The position numbers and the translations under genes were made by a program. Positions 1 to 13,871 of a stretch of 64,000 bases of DNA are shown here, one piece after another. Location of the stretch: assembly GCA_013239625.1 (NCBI GenBank), contig MU053629.1, forward strand, positions 2,011,567 to 2,075,566, written 5' to 3'. The number at the start of each line of letters is the position of its first letter. Positions within the stretch are counted from its first letter, which is position 1. The DNA comes from Lama guanicoe. Its lineage: Eukaryota. The notes beneath the pieces were generated by a model. That model made no database searches. It was not told the DNA's origin and saw only the letters and a list, made by a program, of their open reading frames with translations.

Positions 1-454
1 GCAGTGCCCATGGTATCTCTTCCTACTCAAACTTTGCCAGCTCAAGTTCCTGGATGGTCTTCAACAGCTGCAATGGGAAAAAACAAGTACTGGAGAGAGC
101 AGCCAAGAAATCTGTATAGCTGAAACTTGCACAACAGTAAGTGGCAAAGCACCTTAACTTTAGTGATCGTTCAGACATTCTCAATTTAGATCTCTCATCG
201 GGCCCCTTTACCACCTGCAACTGTCATGTAGACAGTGCCACATCTAGCTGACACTTCTAATGCCCAATTACATGTCTCAAAGAATTAAAGCACTGGTCAA
301 TTAACACCAAATGACCTAATATCAACCTTTTTGAAAGGGAAACCCAAGACTTTGAACAATGTTTCTAATTACATCTCAGAATGTTAGAAAATCTCTTTTC
401 AAAACCATCCCCACACATTACTTTACTCATTTTAGTTTTTAAAACAAAATGAAA

Positions 455-940
455 CAAAACAGGGGTTGGGGTGGGAGAGAGGGATAAAATGGTAGGGCAC
501 AGATGATTTTCAGGGCATTGAAAATACTCAAAATGGAGAGGTGGTATAGTTCAGTAGTGGAGCACACACTTAGCATGCATCAGGTCCTGGGTTCAATCCT
601 CAGCACCTCCATTTAGAAAATACTCTAAATGATATTATAATGATGGAAAAATGTTACTATACGTTTTACTATACATTTACTATACATGTATAGTAACATT
701 TTTCCAAACCTACAGTATGTACAGTAAAAAGAATGAACCCTAAATTAAACTATTTTGGGTGGTTATGATGTGTCAATGTAGGTTAATCAATGGTAACAAA
801 TGTACTACACCATAGGGGATATTGACAATGGGGAAGGCTATGCATGTGTAGGGGCAGAGAGTATACTGGAAATCTTTGCACGTTTCTCTCAACTTTGCTG
901 TGAATCTAAAACTGCCCTAAAAAAGTCTTTTAAAAAAATA
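455..940 (+). mobile_element. Old LINE-1 (L1M-type) 3' end fragment, interrupted by a SINE
   Basis: Motifs typical of old L1 3' UTRs (gaaccctaaattaaacta, tgtgtcaatgtaggtt, tttgctgtgaatctaaaactg) ending in an A-rich tail; boundaries approximate. Confidence 0.7.
535..615 (+). mobile_element. tRNA-Ala-derived SINE (vic-1-like)
   Basis: tRNA-like head with B box ggttcaatcc; flanking direct repeats gaaaatactcaaaatg (520-535) and gaaaatactctaaatg (616-631). Confidence 0.85.
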
Positions 941-989
941 CATTAACATTTTTAGAATAGAAAACATTTTAATAAAACAAATGGATACC

Positions 990-2390
990 CTTGTGCAATA
1001 ACACGAACATAGACACAGTCTTTAAACCTTCCCCCCAAACTCAAAACAGATCTTAGAACCCAGTGTAAAATGCAAAACTATAAAAATTCTCAAAGGTAAT
1101 ATAGGAGAAAAATCTATGTGGCCTTGGGTTTGGCAATGAGTTTCTAGAGACAACACTAAAAAGCAAGCTCAATGAAAGAAAAACTTGTAAAGTTGGATTT
1201 TATTTAAAACTAAAAACTTTCATATAATGAAAGACACTGCTAGGAAAATAAAGAGACAAGCTACAGATTGGACAAAAAATACTCGCAAAAAATGTATCTG
1301 ATGATAAAGGATTTGTATCCAAAATATACAAAGAACTTAATTAAAACTCAACAAGAAGAAAACAGCTCAATTTAATATGGACAAAAGATCTGAACGGGCA
1401 TCTCACCAAAGATAAAAAGATGGCAAATAAGCTTACAAAAAAGGTGTTCAACACTGTATACCATTAGGAAATTGCAAACTAAAAGACCTATTAGAATGGC
1501 TCAAGGACAAAAAAACTGACCATATCAAACTCTAGCAAGGACTGAGAGCAACAGGAATACTCATTCATTGCTGATGGGAATGCACACTAATGTGACCACT
1601 TTGAAAGACAGTTTCACAGTTTCTTACATAATTAAACACAGTCTTACCATACAATCCAGCAATAATATTTATCTACCTAAAGCAGTTGAAAGCTTATGTA
1701 TACACAAAACCCTGCACATGCTTCTTCATAGCAGTTTTATTTGTAATTGCCAAAAAAAAAAAAAAAGGAAGCAGCCAAGATGTCCTACAATAGATGACGG
1801 GATAAACAAACTGTAGTACAATCATATAATAGAAAATTATCCAGCAGTAAAAGGCAATGAGTTATCAAGCCGCAAAAAGACACATAGGAATCGTAAATGC
1901 ATGTGGCTAAGTAAAAGAAACCAGTCTTAAAAGCTACATACTATATGATTCCAACTATATGACATTTTGGAAAAGACAAAACTATAGAGTAGTAAAAAGG
2001 TCGGTGGTCGTCAGGGATTCTGGGGAAAGGAGAGGAGGGACGAATAGTTAAAACACAGGGGATTTCTAGGGGGGTAAAACTATTCTATATGAAACTGCAA
2101 GGCAATGGTGGACACATGTTATCATACATTTGTTATAAACCAGAACTGTACAACACAAAAAGTGAACCTAATGAAGATTATGGACTACAGTTAATAATAA
2201 TGTATCAGTAATACTGGGTCATTAATTACAACTAATGTACCACATTAATGCAAGATGTTAATAAGGGAACCTGGTGGGGGGTGTAAGGTGGGTGAGAATT
2301 AAGTGGATTTGGAAAGATACGAAATTATCTGCTCAATTTTTCTGCAAACCTAAAACTGTTAAAAATAAACTCTTAATTAAAAAAAGAAAA
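990..2390 (+). mobile_element. Decayed LINE-1 ORF2 3' part and 3' UTR (L1M-type)
   Basis: A-rich strand with L1 ORF2-like phrases (atccaaaatatacaaagaac, tggcaaataag, cattgctgatgggaatg, atgattccaactatatgacatt) and an A-rich end; no intact ORF. Confidence 0.8.
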
Positions 2391-5300
2391 TTGGCCATCC
2401 ACAATCTCAAAGAGCATATACTGCGACTTTGAACTACAGAGATTATAGCAAAGTGAAAAAACTACTTAAATAAAATCAAATTTGAATAAACATTTCAATA
2501 AATTTAAATTAAAAGAAATTAACTTTAATCACCTTGCCTTTTTCCTAGCTTGGTCATATCCTTGCTCAGAGAGTGATCTCTAAGAGATGAAAAAGAAATC
2601 CAGCTGGGAAGCTGCTTGACCACATCTGTAGTTAGCAGTTTAGCCTGAAGAACCAAGATCTTGTGATCATCACGGACACTCACACACACACACAACTTAA
2701 AACATTTCACATCATTCATTAATACCAAAAGATAAATTAAAGTGCATTTATAAACCCATCAAGATGGATGTAATGTATAGTACTTTCATTCAGAGGCCCA
2801 AAAATCCTCAATGCTCCTTTTTCTAGGTTAAGAATTAGAATGTGTAAACTACAGAAATCAATGTGGGTCCAATGCTATCCTCTCTTGGAAATTTTATGTG
2901 GCATTTTGATAGAGACCTCAAACTGTGGCATTCTGACAGGCTTACCCAGCACCAAGTTCTCTCTGATGGGAAGGGCAATGACTACCCGTTCACTCAGCTT
3001 CTCTGGCCAAGGCAAAATCCAAGAGAATATCCCTTTCCCTACTATGTCTATGTCTCCATTGTGATGGGTGAGCAATTATTGAAGAACAATTACCAGCCCT
3101 GACATCCCAGCCCCTGCCATTACCACACTGCCCGCTTGGAGCTTCTGAGTGAGGAAGAGACTATAGCAGTACAAAGGAAGTCGATCTGTCTTCCTACATC
3201 ACCCAAACATTCCTACTGCAGACAAAGCATGGCTCTCTTCTATCCAGAAGGCTCTCTCTTCAAGCCATTTCTGGGATACCACACTAATTCTACTTTATTG
3301 TTTCTCAAAGATGCCTGGGTCTTTCTGGTCTATGCTAGGTGCCTGACTACAGTAACCTGAACAAGATACAGTCTTTTCCAGCTCAGTAAGTCCAAACGCC
3401 TGTCCTCAGGATTCATTACGATTCAAATTGAAAAGCGAAAAGTATGTGCCCTGTGAACTGTAAGGTACCACTTAGATGAAAACTATAGCAATTGGCATAA
3501 AGTAAGGCAAAACTCACTATTGAAAGTTACATTTAAGTGGACTTATCACTAAATAAAAAAATCCACAGGAGAAGCTTCTCTTCTGATTGTAATATAAGAG
3601 GAAAAAAATGTTTACTCTGTATCTCCATAATCCTTTTTTTTTAAGCAACTTCCACCAATAAGCAGACAATGGTAAGCATTACTGACAGGAAAGGTTTAGC
3701 TACCTAATGTTCACATACTTTGAAGAAACAATTACTTTTAACCAATGCCTGTGATCTGTCTATGTAACTCAATATTAAACGCAAGTTCTTTTAGTTACAC
3801 GTTCACTGGTATAGCTGAAATTATATAACCTAAATCCACTGAGGATTTTTATTTTTGAAAAAAAAAATCTGATGAATTCAAAGGCACAGAACATGAAGGG
3901 GTGTGGGAATAGGAATCTGGAACAGATGGCATCTAATTTTTTTTCCAAGTCCATCTTGAACACAATCCCAATAATGTCAAAATCCAATTTAGCTCTCCAA
4001 ATAAGTAACCTACGAAACATAAAATGGTAATTCTAAAGTAATTCATTCTTTTTTTTTCTTCTCCCAGCTTCTCAAAGTTTCTATATTAGGCAGAAATTAG
4101 TAGAGACAAGTTAAATGTTAAAGAGAAAAAAACTATCATTCCACAAAATCTAAAGGTTCTTTCACGAAAATCTACTTACACTTATCTGAAGCCATTGAAG
4201 CAGTTTCCATTAAGATTGGTGATATTAAAATCTTTGATATCAGCCTTTTTTTCTGGATACAATGATTCTTTACCCTTGCTAGAGACCAAATCATAACTCC
4301 AAAAAGAAATATGCTTTAAAATAGAAACAAGCTCTAGAAGAATACTCATTTGGTTTGAGCAAAGCACTGCCTGGCATTTGTTAAACATTTGCACAGTAAT
4401 TCACTCCTGATTTGGCAGCACCAACAAAATTAACTGTACTCTGTTCATTATACATTCTAGGGGTAAATAAACCTTCTCAATCTTTCCTAAAGCTTTCTGA
4501 GATCATCCAAGAGACAGACATTAAAGGAAGGTTTAGTCATTTTTAGATTTCCTGACAAGCAAATTCCACAACTAACAACTGCAAAGATCCATGGAATGGT
4601 CACATACTTTGTTTAAGTGGAAAAGGTCATTGAGAAAAGTATCATCTCTAACAGTCTCTATTGTTGCCCACATTTTAGATAGATCTTTATACAACTAGTA
4701 TTTCATCTCTTATACCAAAATAAATGGTTTATTAAAGTTTTATGAGAAGACAGGCGGGAAAAATGGGAGCTTCTGATGGCTTTACAAAGCAAGATAATAT
4801 GGTCTCAATTTTAAGATTCAAAAGATGTTGAAAAATAATGATCCAGGAAAACACAGTTAACACATACATATACAGTAAAGACTTTACAATATCAGAAAAG
4901 TCATTTAGAAAGTTGAATAACCTTACAAAAATCCACAACTGCAGCAAAAACATAATTTCAACTCTTTAAAAAATAGTATAAATATACCTTATCAATTATT
5001 TTAAATATATCCATCCATTTTTCAATTTGACCATTATTTATTTGCTGCCTATTATGTAACTTTAGTGGTGGATAAAATTTTAAACAGTATTTCTACCTCA
5101 AAGAGCATGCAATATAGTTGAGTGATCAAAAAAACAAAAAGGCAAACTCTGTTTAAAAGAGACACAAAGAAATATATTTGAAAATTTCTCTCAAAATTAT
5201 GCAAAACCTGTAACCCCTAAAAAGGGATACTGAATTACAAACTTTCTACTCTTCTTTCATACACAGACAAAAAAGTATTATTAAAGCAAGTTATTTAATT

Positions 5301-6029
5301 TTTACCTTTTGAGTATAAAGTACATTTATGAATTAAAAATTACTAACTACAAAATACATCAGAAAGCAAACTACATTAGCTGACAATCTAACATAGAACA
5401 GGTTACGCAGGTTACATACAACGGTATCATCTTAAACCTACAAATGAAAAAAGACTTCATGTTTCCAAGATATATTTCTATATTACCATCACAATGATTT
5501 GAAGGTAGAAATTCCATTTTTATTTCTTTTACAAATTTTATATATATACATATAAATTCTGTAAGTTTTTGCTAATACTTTAAGTCTAATTGAATCATGC
5601 TACTTCTATTGATTTTAATTCTAAAATTACAACTACTTTCTATTTTATGCCCCAGTTTTAATTCTCTCCAGAGACAAGCAATGTTAATTAAGATTTACAT
5701 ACACTACTTTTTAAATGTTTTTCTCATCAATACAATACAATCCAAATCTGAGAAAAACCTTTGAAAGATTACTGGCCATTTCAGTTAATGCAAACATATC
5801 CTGCTTTATTTTCAAGAGTTTGAAGAAATTACTGACAACTGGATTTCATGCTACTAGAAGCCACTGAAAGCCAGTTGTATACTTATGTTTCAGAATATTA
5901 TCCAGTTCTGTTCTATCACAAACCTCATTCCACTAAACTGGGCTACTTTGAATGTGTAAGAGTAATAATAAATCATCTTTCAATTAGAAGGTGCTTCCAT
6001 TTAAAGTGTGCTATTATTTAAATACATTA

Positions 6030-6190
6030 TCCCCCTTACAATACAGATAAGAATTTTAACTCATGTTACTTAAGAAGAAACTGAATCTCTGGTAAGTTCC
6101 ATGACTTGCCCAAGGTCAATAACTAGCCTGTGGCAGTCCAGGTTCAATCCGAGATTTACTCAACCTCAAAGCCAACACTTCCACTTGATC
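6030..6190. mobile_element. MIR fragment
   Basis: MIR core-like gaaactga...gacttgcccaaggtca...ctag. Confidence 0.6.
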
Positions 6191-6679
6191 ACAATTATCT
6201 CCTTAAAAGATTAAGAGGCAGGCTCAAAAGCTGAGAATCTTTGTCTCTCTGAACGTTCACATAATTATTCTGAGACACCTATAAACACACAGTACCTACA
6301 ATTCAGTCACTGATTGAAATATAAATGAAAGGATCTCTGCTTCATTTAAACTAGGGCAGGCTTACTGGCAGGTAACAAAGAGGTTGAAAAAGGCTTGCCT
6401 CAACATGTCTCGCCTAAACCTCTATATCCATACGGTTCCCCAGGTTTATTTTTTATAAACGCGCATATTTACCAAAAAAGGCTACGCCAGACTAGCCTAT
6501 AGCCTGGTGCCTTTCAGAAGTGCACTTTTCTAAAATAATTTACACCAGATTTCAAATCAAGCTGGGAGATTTGGCTGAATATTGCAATTTTGGCACTTTC
6601 CAAACATTCGAAGTATTATTTAGGGGCAACCAACCCAGTTCGACCCTCTTAACGCTGTGATACCAGCCCACTGAGGGGC

Positions 6680-7620
6680 GTTGGGGGGAAAACCGCTCTT
6701 GCAGGACACTGGAGCGAGAGAGCAGTAAAGGAAGAAGTGGGGGAAGCGCACGGAAGTTGGGAGGAAGGAGGTCTTTTTACCCACTCTTCTTCCCTAGCTC
6801 TGCCAAGGGCGGCTCCCCACGGTGCCCAGCCGACTCACAACCCCCGCAACCCCAGAAGCCGGGCTCTGTCCCAACGGGGTGAGCAGGGGAAGCAAGCAAC
6901 AGAAGTATGGGATTGCCCCGGCCACCTCGCCGAGCTCCACGCTCTCCTTTTGACCCAGGAGGATGCTCCCCCTTTCAGAGTGAGCCCTCCAGGTGGCAAA
7001 CTCCCGGTCCACACCGGCCGAAGTCGTCTGCATCCGAGGGGGCGCCTCCTCCGCAATCTCGACTCGGCTTCCCAAAACTCTCGCCCAACGGTGTCCCCCA
7101 ACCCTCCGATTCCACCCCCGCAACCCTTCACAGTCACACACGCCTGCCTGAGCCCCACCCAGGATCTCCGCGCTCCCCTTCCCGACCCGGAGAAGGGGCC
7201 CCCACCCGCCCCTACAGACACACACACCCTCGGGCTCCAGCCTCCCGGACCCCGTCGAAGCCGGAGCAAGTACCTGGTCGTGCCGTGCTCCGGAGCTCAG
7301 ATGGGGCGGACGCAGTCCCCTCCCGGAGGCGCCGATGCTTCTCTACCCACCCGCAGCGGCGGCTTCTCTTTTTCCCAGGAATGGGAGGGAGGAGAGGTGC
7401 GAGAGGGGAGGGGGAAGACGGGGAGCAGAGGGGCGGCAGAAGCCCAGCCGGAACCACTAGCGCGGGCCCCACCCTCAGCCCAGCGCAGAGCACACTAGCG
7501 CTCCCGATAGGTCAAACTTAAAGCAGGCAGCAAGAAATGGACACCACCACTTCCGGGTCATCCCCACTACCGCCCCTCCTTAGCAACCGCGTGGGGTTGC
7601 TAAGCGGAAGTGCCTTCAAA
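6680..7620 (-). promoter_or_regulatory. CSNK1G1: CpG-island promoter (probable CSNK1G1)
   Basis: Abrupt GC/CpG-rich block in AT-rich surroundings; ETS motifs cacttccggg (7548-7557) and cggaagtg (7605-7612), GC box ccgccc, paired RFX-like half-sites. The gene name rests only on the known mammalian order CSNK1G1-PCLAF-TRIP4. Confidence 0.65.
7274..7550 (-). other. CSNK1G1: Non-coding first exon (probable CSNK1G1 5' UTR)
   Basis: Minus-strand donor CAG|GTACTT at 7274/7273 inside the CpG island; TSS end approximate; no kinase coding sequence in the window. Confidence 0.55.
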
Positions 7621-10498
7621 GACAACCACCCTCATTTCTTCTGGGACTAACAAGAGGTATGAGGGACGTGTGCTCCTCTTTGGCAAAACGCTCTTACCTT
7701 CTGCTCTTGGTCTTGGGTGGAGCACGGGCTTCCCTGCCAAAGCCACGAAGTGCACCCTGATTTCTCTTCAACTGTACTCCCCCTACCAGCCCCCAGTTAC
7801 TATTTACTCCTGTTCCCTTCCTCCCTGAATCCCAGGCGGACCCACTGATTTCTCCTAAGGCTGACTGTGGTCCCTCGTGGGAGTTACTTTTTGGCGGTTT
7901 AGCAAGCATCTCCCTCTTGTGGATTTTCAGTTGTGTTTCAACTGGGTTTTTAAAAATCTCCAATGTTATGAAAGCTTTTTCATGCACTTCGCTCTCCTGT
8001 GACAGCCCCTGAAACCGAATAATGAGAAAGTTTTGCGTTCACTAATCTTCTTTTGAAAGGACTGCACATGTTTGTGTATGATCTAGAAATAACCTGGCTA
8101 AATGGAAGGGGAAAACAAAGATTCACTGTAAATAGAGTAGAATGATTACTCCCTAAAAGAAAAGAAAAAAATGAGAAAAGGCCAGAGGAAGCTGGTAATC
8201 AAACTTGGGAAGGAGGAAGACATTTAATCCTCCACTCAGAATAAACCTTCATTCCCATACTGTGGACAGAACAGTGTTAATAAGAGACATTTATTCTTGT
8301 GTTGGGGTGATCTGAGCTTGAAAAACATTGGGAAAACCACTGCTTGGGGCAAAAGCCAACAAACTAATTAATCCTCTCTTCTGAAAAATTACCTATATCT
8401 TTATGGCAATTAAATATTCAGAGAAATGTAGTTGGGCATTCAGAGAAAAATGAGTAAAAATCTTGGCTTAACTTTCCTATCTTGAATAAGTCTGCTTAAA
8501 AGCAGTAAAGTTTAATCGTAGCTCATGAATTTGTTATCTAGCCCATGGCAGTGAATGTACTTGCAATTGCTGGCTATTGGTCATAATAACTTTGGTCATA
8601 ATTTTTTTGGTCACCACTTAGTCACCAATACTGAACTGTTTTCCACCTAGCTGGGGCAGAGGAAATGAGCTTTGGTAACTCTAAAGAAACAGCAGGTCTG
8701 TTGGTTTCCTATACACATGATACAGCATTAAACTGATTCACCTTAGAGTCAGTTCAGCAAAACCTTTAGGAAATCACTAGGTTCAAATGTCATTAGAAGG
8801 TTGTTTAATAAATCTGTAACATTTCAACCCTTGCTATGCACATACATACATGATGTGGGAGTATATATGTACACAATTCAAATGGAATGTGAGCACAATT
8901 ACCTGGCTGTAACTGACAAGTGATGATTCTGCTACCATGACAAAATAGAGCTTGCCAACAGGTTTAAATATTTTAAAATTTTAATTAGAAAAGTAAGATT
9001 ATAAGCCCAATGAACAACTTATCTGAAACTATGGTGGACTCAGATGTCTCTAAAAAATTAAAAACATGAATTGGTAAATGTGTCCCATAGAAGGAAATGT
9101 TTTATTGGGTAAAATAGTTAAGGTCAAACACGGCAATTTGTGTCAACATAAAAATGCAAATTCCTATGCATCATTCATTTTTCCTGTTGTCTGAAGAAAT
9201 GTGACTTAAATTAGCATATAACAACATTCATTTAGATCCACTCTTCCTACAGTTTTTTAAAAATTATTATTCAATCACTTTTGTATAGGTGCATGAATAC
9301 CTGGCTTGACTCCTAAGTGGTCACGTGACTTCCGTAATTCTATCATTTTCAACATACTCATTATTTGGAGACCTCAAAAGATGTATAGCACAGGTGTATA
9401 TATTTATCAAAGCTTGTACACTGAATATATATGCACCTTATTGTATGTAAATCAATGTTGTAAGTGTTTAAAAATTCAAATAAATAAATAAATATGTATA
9501 TAACACAATCCACACCTAAAACTAACTATGTAGGTTTAACTACACTTTTAGGATTTTTTGAGTAGTACCACAGGAATCCATAGTCTTAATATGAACCATA
9601 ACTAAGACAGTGCTCTCAGATCTATGCTAGATCTCAAATAGCCTTCAAGGTCAGTATAGTACCTTCATCCTGTAGGACCTCCAGCCATTTTTTCCAATCT
9701 CTTGAAAGCCTTTTAAAAATTTTTTAATTGTCCCTTGCAATCATTTAAGAAAGAATTAAGGTATCTAAGGTTTATTTTGGGGAAACCCAATACTCTGTTA
9801 CTATTAAATTATTATTTATTATTATTAATTATTGAATTAATACTTAAATGCTCAAATATTCTTAAAGTTCTATTGGCAGTTCCAAGTACTAAAGAAAAAA
9901 TAAGTAAACATAAAAGATACCAAAATTAATGAATTCTTGGGATCAATTAGAAGAAATGTAGCCAGATTTACCATTTATCTGCCTGAGCAGTATACAAGAT
10001 GAAAGGCATGGCCCCATACACATTCTCTTAAGGGACTTAAGAGAAACTCACTTAGGATAAATGTGACATAATAGAATGTTTAGCTTTAGCCTTAAGAAGA
10101 GAAGGCTAAAGATGTAACAGCTATCTTTAAATACTTAAAAGTTGTCACATGGAAGGAGTAACTTGTTCTATGTTATTTTGAGGACAGAACTAAGAACAGG
10201 AGGAGAGTTCAGAAAAAAATCAAATTTTTAATTCATAGCATTTTCACAATTAGAGCTGCCAGCTAATAAAACAATCCACCTAATGAAAAGCTATAGCTGG
10301 CCTGGGGGAACAAGATAACTTCTAACATTCCTCTCAGTTTTGATTCAGGGACCATCTCTCCCTCCTCCATAGGCTATCCTCAAAGGTAAAAAGAATCATC
10401 TTAACACTGTCAGTTGGACAAAAGCCCAGCTAAATCTTCAGATTTCCCAAAAATGAGTTAGCCTGAAGGATTCTAAGTACAGTGAGATTTGTAAGCAG

Positions 10499-10560
10499 TC
10501 TCTCTCTCTCTCTATATATATATCTATGTATGTGTGTGTGTGTGTGTGTGTATGTGTGTA
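10499..10560. repeat. Compound microsatellite (TC)n(TA)n(TG)n
   Basis: Directly visible. Confidence 0.95.
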
Positions 10561-11469
10561 TAGGAAAGGTTGAGTTTAGGCTCTATTTTCTGCTTTTTAA
10601 AAAATGATAAGCATTTCTCATCTCATAAATAACTCTAAGCATACGTTACAATTTTTGCTATAGTATTACTCTTCCATTGTGAAACTATGTAAAAAACAGG
10701 AAATCATATAATCCTCAGAGTGTCCTATCATTCAAAAATTCCATAAATATAGTTTTAATCATTGTTTGGTCAGGAATTTAACACTAAAATTAATAATTTG
10801 AATGACCCGTTCAAAGAGGAAAACAATATTAACTCTGTGACGAGGAATACAAAATTAAAATTTAGTTTATCTTTTTAATGTACAAAGTTTATTTTTGATT
10901 CAGTTTCAGTGTAAACAGGGAGTCTGTAGTTCTCTCATGTTTAGAAGAGGCTAAATTTCCAATCTACATTTTTTAAAAGCTTTGACAAGGAAAGATTACA
11001 TGGGACCTCTGCCTAATAAAAGTTAGACATCATCAAAAATACTGTATATTTTGAAAGGATTGTATTTGAAAAGACTGCAGGTTCTTTAGGTCACATTTTT
11101 TAGAAACAGTTACATATCAAAATTAGACTTCATTGGACACACCATCATAAAGTTTCTCTCTCCATCAGTGAAAAATAGCAAATCAGGTTTCAAACCTATT
11201 AAAACTTGACTTATTTAGAGGGTTGGTTTGAGCTACTCCTTAATAAAAAGCCTAATTATCAAGGAAGTACTTAGGATAAAAACTCTACTCTCAATTCAGT
11301 AACATTCTGTTTAATATCCACCTCTAAAAGACAAAGAAAAAAATATTCTACAGTCATCCAGACTCATTTTGGAAGTTGATAAAATCAGGCCAGTGTACTG
11401 ATTTGTATTTGAAAGGAGTAAAATAGAAATATCTAGTAGTATATAATCTTAGGAAGCACACATATGGAT

Positions 11470-12448
11470 AGTCTTGTGAAAATGAGTAATCGTTTATTAA
11501 AAACAAACTTCAGAAAAGCATGCCTGTTAAAACATGGTTAATTTTGACAACAGGATGTCAGTAAGCAAAACGCCTGATAAGGAAGCAGAACATCAGTTAC
11601 TAAGTAACACTATACCCACCTCTTCGATTATACCCCTGGTTATCTTGAAGAATACAATAGTAGCTCTAAGGACTTTAGATATAGCTCTGGGTTTATAGCA
11701 TAATTTGCCTTTCATGTTTTATTGATTTCCAACTCTAAAAGTATAGGCCCAAAGGGTAATATTTTATGGCATTGAAGAAAATGCATATTCTAGGAAAATT
11801 CCTCTCTTTTAATGTAGTCTGTGGAATCTTCCTGCCTGATTGTATGCTAGTATTTTATCTTTTTGTTTTGTTGTTGTTAGAAGCTTTATCAACCCTTTAA
11901 ACCCTTAGGACTAAACTGTCCTTAAATTTTTCTAAGGAGAAGATAAATAGCCATCCAAATGTTTTCAACATTGCATCTTTGCCCCACTTTATTAAAAAGG
12001 GGTATGGGTTCAGTTTAATTAACACTGAATTTTTCGATGTGCAAAAATCTAACTCTGCTTTTTAAAGCAAATAAAAAGAACAAAAATATGGCATCATTCC
12101 AATAATCATATGCCAATAAAAATGGCAACAGTACAAAGATCCAAGCAAACCTCAAATACAGTAGATTCATAATTAGAACACCATGCAATTACATTAGCAA
12201 GAAAAAGCTTAATAACAGGTAAAAGAAACCAAATACATTATGTTGAATACTAAGCTAAGTAACCATAATTAATCTCACAAACTTTCCAATATCATAACTA
12301 CTTGCTCTTGAATAACTAAATGTAAGCCTCATTTTAAAATTAAATGCCTATTCAACAAAGCTAATTGGAACAAATACATTTATGCAAATTTACACCCTAG
12401 AATACCAGAGAAAACAGGAGACATCAGTCAAGGATGAATAAAAAAGTT
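11470..12448 (-). other. PCLAF: PCLAF 3' UTR with candidate poly(A) signals
   Basis: Follows the TAG stop; minus-strand AATAAA at 11993-11988, 11723-11718 and 11498-11493; the actual cleavage site cannot be determined from sequence. Confidence 0.55.
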
Positions 12449-12494
12449 CTATTCTTTTTCGTCATCTGTGTGATCAGGTGGCAAAGGACGTGCT
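12449..12494 (-). CDS. PCLAF: PCNA clamp-associated factor, coding exon 4
   Basis: Acceptor ctacag|; 46 nt encoding (K)ARPLPPDHTDDEKE-stop. Exons 46+81+163+46 = 336 nt = 111 aa plus stop. Confidence 0.95.
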
Positions 12495-12699
12495 CTGTAG
12501 AAAGAATAGAGAACTTCAATAGTCACCTGAGCCAAATGTTTAAAAATCAAAACATAAACAGTGTTTTAAAGACATATAAATCAAGAACATTAATTAACAG
12601 TGCAGTGGGTGTGGTCAAGAGACTGGAAATGAGAGAAAATTAGACTCCAGTAACTGACAAACTCCTACAAATTCCAAATCCTAGAGCGATAAAACTTTT

Positions 12700-12862
12700 T
12701 AAAATATTTTATTTATTTTTATTTATTATCCTACCATTTTATTATTTTTTAGCAGGGAGGGTAATTAGGTTTATTTATTTTTAATGGAGGTACTGGGGAT
12801 TGAACCCAGGACCTTGTGCATGCTAAGCATGTGCTCTACCACTTGACCTATACCCTCCCCTT
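12700..12862 (-). mobile_element. tRNA-Ala-derived SINE with target-site duplication
   Basis: Full head plus tail; TSD tagagcgataaaactttt (12682-12699) / tagagcgatgaaattttt (12863-12880). Confidence 0.92.
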
Positions 12863-13076
12863 TAGAGCGATGAAATTTTTAATAATTTATTTTGCCTGTG
12901 AATTTGCCAAATCAGTGTCTCCTTTAGGATATGTTGCCATTTTTATTAAAAGGGAATCTCTATTTCTATAGCATTCTATAAGGAGGAGGAGGGTAATCTA
13001 CCTCCTTATAGATTAAGTGGATTGATGAGGAGTATAATCATTCAGTGAGAACTCTGTAGTAATAAAAGGCAAAAAA

Positions 13077-13148
13077 GGGGTGGGGGGGGTCAGTGGTAGA
13101 CTGCATGCTCTGGGTTCAATCACCAGTGCCTCCATTAAGGGGAAAAAA
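13077..13148 (+). mobile_element. Internally deleted tRNA-derived SINE
   Basis: tcagtggtagactgcatgct...ctgggttcaatcaccagtgcctcca. Confidence 0.7.
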
Positions 13149-13871
13149 ATTTTAACCAATACACTCAAGCAGAGAAAATACAGCAAGTTGTCATATTTGA
13201 CTGTATACTCTTTTGGAACTATGTGAATGTATTACCTAATTAGAAAAACCCCAAAACTGTCTTAAATTGGCATGCGGTAGTCATAGCTTTTGAAAAATAA
13301 TTTATATTATCCCAAAGCTATTTTGTACTTATTATACTTTTTATACAGAAAAAGTCAATTAAAAGCTTAACCATAAATCAGAATCTTTTTCAGAGCTGAT
13401 AAAGGTTTGTGAGATCTCTCCTAAAATAATCAGTTTTCAAATTAGATCCAGTAAGCCTGAATGGTCATAGAGCTAGGTAGTCAAAGAAGGAAACTAAAAC
13501 AAAGGTTTTCTGATTTAGTATAGGATTACCATTGACTCACCTACCATTATATTACCAAGAGGTCTTCATTGTACTTGCCTGGAAATGAAATCAAGTTAAC
13601 AACTTAACACTATCATGACCCAAAATTCTTTTTGTGGGGGACCTGATTTAACTTACTTTAGGTATCACAGTTCTGTTCAAGGTTTTGAGCAGATAGTCTT
13701 TCTTGATTCTGATTCTCCCCCATGCACCTGATGGGTGTTTACCCAGCCTTTGTAAGAATTATGAAGTCATAGGAGTAGCGATGTTCTATATTTTGAATTA
13801 GAGAGTTTATAGCAGAAGTCCTTCTAATATACTGATAGTTTACTATTTACTATCAATACTAAATCTATTGA

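Noticed and set aside
2534..2644. Possible cryptic minus-strand exon (ttcttcag|...aag|gtgatt) in the CSNK1G1 intron
   Set aside because: Splice-like ends alone are common by chance; no supporting evidence.
6737..7521. Long overlapping ORFs (253, 204, 144, 143 aa) on both strands
   Set aside because: Pro/Arg/Gly-rich frames expected from stop-codon scarcity in a CpG island; no recognisable domain.
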